A stretch of 63,166 bases of DNA, counting the filler, from an uncultured Synergistales bacterium (lineage in GTDB: Bacteria; Synergistota; Synergistia; Synergistales; Aminobacteriaceae): the NCBI GenBank assembly GCA_937897575.1. It is 8 parts of 8 records of this genome, joined end to end, with 100 filler letters (N's around TTAATTAATTAA, not from the genome) between each part and the next. Parts side by side here need not be neighbours in the genome. Positions count along the whole stretch, not along the records: positions 57,369 to 61,689 come from CALCQG010000020.1; positions 61,790 to 63,166 come from CALCQG010000040.1; 6 more parts are not named here. One strand, 5' to 3'. Shown piece after piece: positions 57,369-63,166 of this stretch. A program made the position numbers and the translations under genes. The stretch's first letter is position 1, and the number at the start of each line of letters is the position of its first letter. Below the pieces are notes generated by a model, which did no database searches, was not told the origin of the DNA, and saw only the letters and a list, made by a program, of their open reading frames with translations.

Positions 57369-59225
57369 ACGGCCTACGACCCGTGGTTCCTCTCCCAGAT
57401 GGCCGATCAGGTGGCGTGCGAAGAGGCCCTGACCGATACCCCTCTGGACGAGACCCTGCTCCTCCGTGCCAAACGCTTCGGCCTGTCGGACAAACGGGTC
57501 GCCCGCCTGACGGGCAGGACAGAGGGGGAGGTGAAGGCCCTCCGCCGGAGCTTCGGGATCGTCCCAAGCTTCCATTTCGTGGACACCTGCGCCGGCGAGT
57601 TCCGGGCCGCGACGCCCTACTTCTACTCCACGTGGGGGGAGCAGGATGAAGGAGAGCCCGTGGGAGGGCACCCGGTGGCCATCCTCGCGTCGGGGCCGAA
57701 CCGCATCGGCCAGGGGCTTGAGTTCGACACCTGTTGCACCCTCGCGTCCCTGGCGTGGCGAAGCGAGGGGCGTCGGACGGTGATCGTCAACTCGAACCCC
57801 GAGACCGTGTCGACGGACTACAACGTCTCAGACCGCCTCTATATCGAGCCCCTGACACCGGAGCACGTGAAGGCCGTCCTCGAGAAGGAGGGCATTCGGG
57901 ACGTGGTCGTGCAGCTCGGAGGGCAGACGCCCCTCAATATGGCGAGGGCCCTGACGGAGTGGGGGGCCTCCATCGTGGGGACGTCCCTCGAGTCCCTCGA
58001 GGACGCCGAGGATCGGGGACGGTTCGCCCAACTGATCAAACGGCTCGGCCTTCGCCAGCCGGACAACCGGATGGCCGGCACCCCGTCGGAGGTGGCCGCC
58101 GCCGCGGCGGAGATAGGCTACCCCGTGCTGATGCGCCCGTCCTACGTCATCGGCGGCAAGAACATGTTCATCGCCTACAGCCGGCAGGAGCTCGACCAGT
58201 TTCTTGCCCGGGGGATCGTCTTCGACCGGGAGCACCCGGTGCTCGTGGACAAGTTCCTCGAGGACGCCTTCGAGTACGACCTCGACGCGCTCTGCGACGG
58301 GACGAACGTCTACGTCGCCGGCATCCTCGAGCACATTGAGGCGGCGGGCATCCACTCCGGCGACAGCACCTGCGTCTTCCCCGTCTACAAATCCACGCCG
58401 GAGATAACCCGCGAGATGATCGACGCCGCCGTCAAGATCGCCCGGGACATGCAGGTGAAGGGCTTCCTGAACATTCAGTTCGCGGCGAAGGACGGCCTGC
58501 TCTACGTCCTGGAGGTGAACCCCCGTGCGTCCCGGACGATCCCCTTCATCTCCAAGGCGAGCGGCGTGAACCTCGTCCGAGCGGCGGTCCGGATATGGGA
58601 CGGCAGAAGCCTGGAGGAGCAGGGGCTGACGGCGAACGGCTACGGCGAGGGGCGCTGCATCACCCAGTGGGCCGTCAAGGAGGCCGTCTTCTCCTTTGAC
58701 CGCTTCACCGCCGTGGACCCGCTTCTCGGCCCCGAGATGCGCTCCACGGGCGAGGTCATGGGGATGGGGGCCACCGTGGGCGAGGCCTTCGCCAAGTCTC
58801 AGGCCGCCTCGGGAACCATGCTCCCCACGAGCGGGACGGCCTTCATCTCCGTGAACGACTTCGACAAGGAGACCATCCTGCCCACGGCGAAGCGGCTTCA
58901 GGAGCTGGGGTTCACCCTCGCCGCCTCCCGGGGGACGGCCCAGTACCTCTTCGAGCGAGGCCTTTTTCCTCAGGTGATCCTGAAGATTCACGAGGGGCAC
59001 CCCAACATCGTGGACTATATGCGGGCGGGGAAGATCCAGTTCCTGATCAACACGCCCCTGGGCCGCCACAGCCAGCACAGCGACCAGGGAATCCGGATCG
59101 AGGCGGTGCGGAGAAAGGTCCCCTACACGACGACCACCTCCGCCGCCGAGGCCGCCGTGGAGGGGATAGCGGCCCTCATCCAGGGCGGCGTATCCGTCCG
59201 GCGGCTCCCCGACGAGCGCGTCTGA
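57369..59225 (+). CDS. carB: Carbamoyl-phosphate synthase large subunit (5' partial)
   Basis: VDTCAGEF, GPNRIGQG, NPETVSTD, GIHSGDS, EVNPRASRT, MGS domain. Confidence 0.95.
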   Translation, partial: TAYDPWFLSQMADQVACEEALTDTPLDETLLLRAKRFGLSDKRVARLTGRTEGEVKALRRSFGIVPSFHFVDTCAGEFRAATPYFYSTWGEQDEGEPVGGHPVAILASGPNRIGQGLEFDTCCTLASLAWRSEGRRTVIVNSNPETVSTDYNVSDRLYIEPLTPEHVKAVLEKEGIRDVVVQLGGQTPLNMARALTEWGASIVGTSLESLEDAEDRGRFAQLIKRLGLRQPDNRMAGTPSEVAAAAAEIGYPVLMRPSYVIGGKNMFIAYSRQELDQFLARGIVFDREHPVLVDKFLEDAFEYDLDALCDGTNVYVAGILEHIEAAGIHSGDSTCVFPVYKSTPEITREMIDAAVKIARDMQVKGFLNIQFAAKDGLLYVLEVNPRASRTIPFISKASGVNLVRAAVRIWDGRSLEEQGLTANGYGEGRCITQWAVKEAVFSFDRFTAVDPLLGPEMRSTGEVMGMGATVGEAFAKSQAASGTMLPTSGTAFISVNDFDKETILPTAKRLQELGFTLAASRGTAQYLFERGLFPQVILKIHEGHPNIVDYMRAGKIQFLINTPLGRHSQHSDQGIRIEAVRRKVPYTTTTSAAEAAVEGIAALIQGGVSVRRLPDERV

Positions 59226-59250
59226 GCTCCAGAGCACCGGCAGGACGTGC

Positions 59251-59286
59251 GACGGTGCGCCGCCCCGAACGGGACGGCGCACCGTC
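59251..59286. terminator. Stem-loop between convergent genes
   Basis: GACGGTGCGCCG / CGGCGCACCGTC 12-bp stem. Confidence 0.6.
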
Positions 59287-59317
59287 TTGTGTCGACACGG
59301 AGTGGTGCGGCAGAGCG

Positions 59318-60337
59318 CTACAGAAAGGCCCGGCGGTACTGCTCCGGCCAGGGGAGCTCGATGCCCAACCGTCTGGCCTCGGTGAGGGGGAAGAAGGGGT
59401 TGCGCAGCAGCTCCCGCCCGAGGGCGACGAGGTCGGCCCGGCCGTTGCCCAGGATCTCCTCGACCATCTCCATGGTGGTGATGAGGCCGACGGCGACGGT
59501 GGGGAGCTTCACGCCGCGGCGGATCGTCTCGGAGAACGCCGCCTGGTAGCCGGGAAAGACGGGTGGGAGAACGGGCGTGACGCCGCCGGAGCTCACGTGG
59601 ACCACGTCCACCCAGTCGGTGACGCCGCGGAGGATGGCGACCATCTGCTCCGAGGTCATGCCGCCGTCCGCGTAGTCCTCGGCGGAGACGCGGAGGAACA
59701 GGGGTTTCTCCTTGGGCCACTCCGTCCGGACGGCGGCGAGGACCTCCCGGAGGAAGCGGGAGCGCCCCTCCATGGTGCCCCCATACCCGTCGGTCCTGTG
59801 GTTGCTGAGAGGGGAGAGGAACTGATTGACGAGGTAGCCGTGAGCGCCGTGCACCTCGACCACATCGAACCCGGCGGCGAGGGCTCGTCCCGCGGCGGCG
59901 GCGAAGGCGGCCACGGTGCGGTCGATATCCCCCTGGGTCATGGCCTTCGGCGTCCTGTAACGACCGTCGTCGCTGTAGTCCAGGGCGCTCGGCGCGTAGA
60001 GCGTCTCCTCCGCGGCGCCGCACTTGCGCCCGGCGTGCCCGATCTGGATGCCCGCCCTGGCCCCCAGGGCGTGGATGTGCCCCACCAGGTCGGCCAGCGG
60101 CGTGACCTGGTCATCGGACCAGAGCCCGAGGCAGTTGTCCGATATCCGCCCCTCGGGGAGCACGGCCGTGGCCTCCATGATGACGAGTCCGACGCCGCCC
60201 AGCGCCCGCGCCCCGTAGTGCGCGCGATGGAAGTCCGTTGGCCTCGACCGGGGTGCGCAGTACATGCACATGGGGGGCATGACGAGGCGGTTTTTCAGCT
60301 CGAGGTCCTTGATCCTGAATGATTCGTAGGCTTTCAT
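59318..60337 (-). CDS. namA: NADPH dehydrogenase, old yellow enzyme (NamA/YqjM-like)
   Basis: PMCMY, HAGRK, HGAHGYL, GRELLRNP. Confidence 0.85.
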   Translation of the reverse strand: MKAYESFRIKDLELKNRLVMPPMCMYCAPRSRPTDFHRAHYGARALGGVGLVIMEATAVLPEGRISDNCLGLWSDDQVTPLADLVGHIHALGARAGIQIGHAGRKCGAAEETLYAPSALDYSDDGRYRTPKAMTQGDIDRTVAAFAAAAGRALAAGFDVVEVHGAHGYLVNQFLSPLSNHRTDGYGGTMEGRSRFLREVLAAVRTEWPKEKPLFLRVSAEDYADGGMTSEQMVAILRGVTDWVDVVHVSSGGVTPVLPPVFPGYQAAFSETIRRGVKLPTVAVGLITTMEMVEEILGNGRADLVALGRELLRNPFFPLTEARRLGIELPWPEQYRRAFL

Positions 60338-60485
60338 TGGTCTCCTCCTCTCTCCGCGTGCGCGGAACTCATCAAAGAGTATCATGCCCTCCGCCGTTCG
60401 TATACTCCTCCAGTGGAGAAGGGCGGGCGCGATGGATCGGGAGGTGCTATGATGAACGGACGATCGGGACAAAGGGGATAGGGTG

Positions 60486-61382
60486 ATGGTCTATTTCTTC
60501 GTGACGCTGTTTCTGTTCAGCTGCCTGGAGGTGGCGAGCAAGCCCCTGATGGGGGCCATATCGCCCATGGAGCTCACCTACTTCCGGTTCGCCGTGGGCT
60601 TCATGACGATCTTCGTCGTCATGGTGCTCCGGGGCAGACTGTGCGATCTTCGGGCCTTGAAGGCGAGGGAGTGGTGGCGCCTGGCCTTCCTCGGAATTCT
60701 CAACATCTGCGTCTCCATGACCTTCCTCCAGAAGGCCGTGGCGAACGCACCCGCCTCGACGGCGGCGGCGATCTTCTGCTCCAACCCTCTCTTCGTCTAC
60801 CTGTTCTCCCTGATCGCGGGGGACCAGCGGCCGAGGATCCGGACGGCGGTCGCCATGGCCATGGGGATCGCCGGGCTCTTCCTCGTGACGTCGGCCGGCG
60901 GCCTGAGCCTGAGCAAGGGCATCCTCTACGCTCTTCTCGCGTCGACGAGCTTCGGGCTCTATACCTTTCTCTCGAAACGCAGCCTGAAGACGGTCTCGCC
61001 GCTCTGCCTCAACACGGTCGCCTTTTTCTTCGGATCTTTGGCGTGCGCGGCCATGCTGCTCGTGACGGGAGGGTCTCTGACCGTTCCGGCGGCGATCCGT
61101 TCGCACCTGCCCTCGCTGGCGAACTTCATCTTCCTCGGCGTCGGCGTCAGCGGGATCGGCTACATCACCTACATGGAGACGGTGGAGCGCCTCGGCGCCC
61201 TGACAGCCTCCCTGGTCTTCATGATCAAGCCCGTCGTGGCGGCCATTCTCGCCATGCTCCTTCTCGGCGAGCGGCCGAGCCTGCCCTTCTATCCCGGGGT
61301 CGTGCTGGTGCTCGCGGGGTCGATCCTGCTCTCGGGGATCACGGAGCGGGGGGCTGCGAGGCCTCCTTCTCGTGGCGCATGA
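60486..61382 (+). CDS. EamA/DMT family transporter
   Basis: About ten TM segments in two repeats; LLLGE near the C-terminus. Confidence 0.85.
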   Translation: MVYFFVTLFLFSCLEVASKPLMGAISPMELTYFRFAVGFMTIFVVMVLRGRLCDLRALKAREWWRLAFLGILNICVSMTFLQKAVANAPASTAAAIFCSNPLFVYLFSLIAGDQRPRIRTAVAMAMGIAGLFLVTSAGGLSLSKGILYALLASTSFGLYTFLSKRSLKTVSPLCLNTVAFFFGSLACAAMLLVTGGSLTVPAAIRSHLPSLANFIFLGVGVSGIGYITYMETVERLGALTASLVFMIKPVVAAILAMLLLGERPSLPFYPGVVLVLAGSILLSGITERGAARPPSRGA

Positions 61383-61689
61383 TCCGGCCGAACCTTTTGT
61401 AGAGCTGAAGGGTCAGCAGCGAGATGATCGCCCCCTTGAGAAGATTGAAGGGCACCACGCCGTAGAGCACGAGGGTGAACGTGTCGTGCACGGCCGGGAT
61501 GACCGCCGCCGACATGGCGATGAGCTGCTCGATGGGGACGAGGCGCGAGTAGAAGGGGATGAGGATGAAGTAGTTCGCGAACCCGCCCGCCACGGTCATG
61601 AAGATCGTCCCGACGGCGAGGCCTCGGAGGGCGCCCTGCTTCGTCCGGTGCCGCCGGTAGATGATCCCCGCCGGGGCGACGAAGGCCGC
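61339..61689 (-). CDS. ECF transporter S component, RibU-like (5' partial)
   Basis: NYFILIPFY and PFNLLKG...LYK motifs. Confidence 0.8.
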   Translation of the reverse strand, partial: AAFVAPAGIIYRRHRTKQGALRGLAVGTIFMTVAGGFANYFILIPFYSRLVPIEQLIAMSAAVIPAVHDTFTLVLYGVVPFNLLKGAIISLLTLQLYKRFGRIMRHEKEASQPPAP

Positions 61690-61789
61690 NNNNNNNNNNN
61701 NNNNNNNNNNNNNNNNNNNNNNNNNNNNNNNNNTTAATTAATTAANNNNNNNNNNNNNNNNNNNNNNNNNNNNNNNNNNNNNNNNNNNN

Positions 61790-62007
61790 CCTTCGGCGAC
61801 GAAAGGACGTCCAGCGACCGCCGCGATGGCCACGCCATAGGCCGCGGCAATCCCGATGGCAGGCGCCCCGCGAACGGCAAGGCACTCTATTGCCTCCGCC
61901 ACCTGCTCCACGGCGGAACACTCCCTGTACACCGCATCGTTCGGCAGCAGCCGCTGGTCGAGAATATGAAGACGGCCGTCCTTCCAGAAGAGCGCCTGAG
62001 GGATCAT
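61790..62007 (-). CDS. mtnA: Methylthioribose-1-phosphate isomerase (3' partial)
   Basis: [15 protein letters not shown]. Confidence 0.92.
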
Positions 62008-62026
62008 GGTGAACCTCCTGTTTCGA

Positions 62027-63166
62027 TTAGTTCTTTTTGCCAGCTGCAGCTCCGGCGTTTCGCCGTTCACCGATCGTCGCGGCGGCGTCGCCGTCGCGGA
62101 AACGAAGGGTCACCTCGTCGCCGGCGTCGAGGGACCGGGCCGAGCGCACCGGCTGCCCCTTCTTCTCGCAGAGGACGAAACCCCGGTCGAAGGATCTGAG
62201 AGGCGAGAGGCCGTCCAGGGATGCGGCCGCTTTCCCGAGCCGTTCCCTGCTCTCGGAGAGGCGGCGCTCCATGCCCCTCTGAAGGCAGGAGGAGTGCAGC
62301 ATCAAGGACGACCGCCGCTCCAAAAGTTTTCTCTCCACGGAGCGTCCGCCGCGCTGAAGGCAGGAGGCGAGGTCCTTCGAACAGGACGCGATCGCCCCCT
62401 CGACCTCCGACGTCATGGACGATCTCCAATGGGCGAGGTGCCGCAGGATCTCCCGCCTGTCCGGGAAGACCCGTTCCGCCGCGGCAGAGGGCGTCGGTGC
62501 GAAGACGTCGGCCGCCAGGTCGCTGAGCGTCTCGTCCACCTCGTGCCCCACTCCGGACACGATCGGGACGGGGCAGTTGCGGACAGCCCGCACCACCCGC
62601 TCGTCGTCGAAGGGGACGAGATCGTCCCGGCTTCCGCCGCCCCGGACGAGCAGCACGCAGTCCAGCCCCGGGTACTGTCCGGCCCGCGAGAGCGCCCGGA
62701 CGATCTGTTCCGGCGCGTCGTACCCCTGAACCTGCGCGGGGACGACGATGAGGGAGCAGGAGGGCATCCGCTTGCCCGACACGGCGATGACGTCCTGCAA
62801 CGCAGCACCCGTTCGGGACGTCACGACGGCGACCTTCTCGGGGTATCGGGGCAGAGGGCGCTTCAGCCGGGGGTCGAAGAGCCCCTCGCCCTCGAGCCTG
62901 GCCTTGAGCTCCTGCCGTGCCCGTTCAGCAGCGCCCTCCCCCACGGGGACGAGGCGCCGCACGATGAGCTGATAGCTGCCCCTCGGCGGATAGATGGAGA
63001 CGGAGCCCTCGGCGAGGACCTCGTCTCCGTTCCTCGGCCACTTGGGGACGTAGGGAAGGTAATTTTTGAACAGGGCGCAGGAGATGCGGCTCTCGCCGCC
63101 GAGCAGGGTGAAGTACACATGACCGCTCGTGTGCCGCTTCAACTCCGCCAGTTCGCCCCGGACGAC
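62027..63166 (-). CDS. xseA: Exodeoxyribonuclease VII large subunit (5' partial)
   Basis: [27 protein letters not shown]. Confidence 0.94.
   Translation of the reverse strand, partial: VVRGELAELKRHTSGHVYFTLLGGESRISCALFKNYLPYVPKWPRNGDEVLAEGSVSIYPPRGSYQLIVRRLVPVGEGAAERARQELKARLEGEGLFDPRLKRPLPRYPEKVAVVTSRTGAALQDVIAVSGKRMPSCSLIVVPAQVQGYDAPEQIVRALSRAGQYPGLDCVLLVRGGGSRDDLVPFDDERVVRAVRNCPVPIVSGVGHEVDETLSDLAADVFAPTPSAAAERVFPDRREILRHLAHWRSSMTSEVEGAIASCSKDLASCLQRGGRSVERKLLERRSSLMLHSSCLQRGMERRLSESRERLGKAAASLDGLSPLRSFDRGFVLCEKKGQPVRSARSLDAGDEVTLRFRDGDAAATIGERRNAGAAAGKKN

Overview
This window is not one contiguous locus. It holds eight contigs joined by 100-nt artificial spacers (N-run, TTAATTAATTAA, N-run), so adjacency across a spacer means nothing. 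Gene content and GC-rich codon use point to an anaerobic amino-acid fermenter, most likely Synergistota (inference). Contig 1 (1-18459) carries a proline-dehydrogenase/sarcosine-oxidase-like four-gene complex, a HypD (4-hydroxyproline dehydratase) glycyl-radical pair frameshifted as assembled, and a TRAP transporter. These are followed by a promoter plus only the 5' half of a tRNA-Arg(CCT), and then a lower-GC segment with a type I-G (I-U) CRISPR-Cas interference module (cas3, cas8g/csx17, csb1, csb2) that runs straight into a leader and array with no cas1/cas2/cas4. Contig 2 has nnr-tsaE-tsaB, a korDABC-type 2-oxoacid:ferredoxin oxidoreductase operon and rlmD, whose 3' end looks like the insertion site of an AT-rich element carrying direct repeats and arsC. 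The other contigs are mostly housekeeping: hutI/ftcd, glmS, the dcw cluster, Moco genes, rapZ-yvcK-whiA, pgk-tpiA, tRNA-Gln-glmU-prs-rplY-pth-mfd, carB, mtnA and xseA. The best leads are the half-tRNA/CRISPR island junction, the hydroxyproline cluster with no adjacent proC, and the rlmD-integrated element. All homology calls come from motifs recognised by eye; no database search was run.
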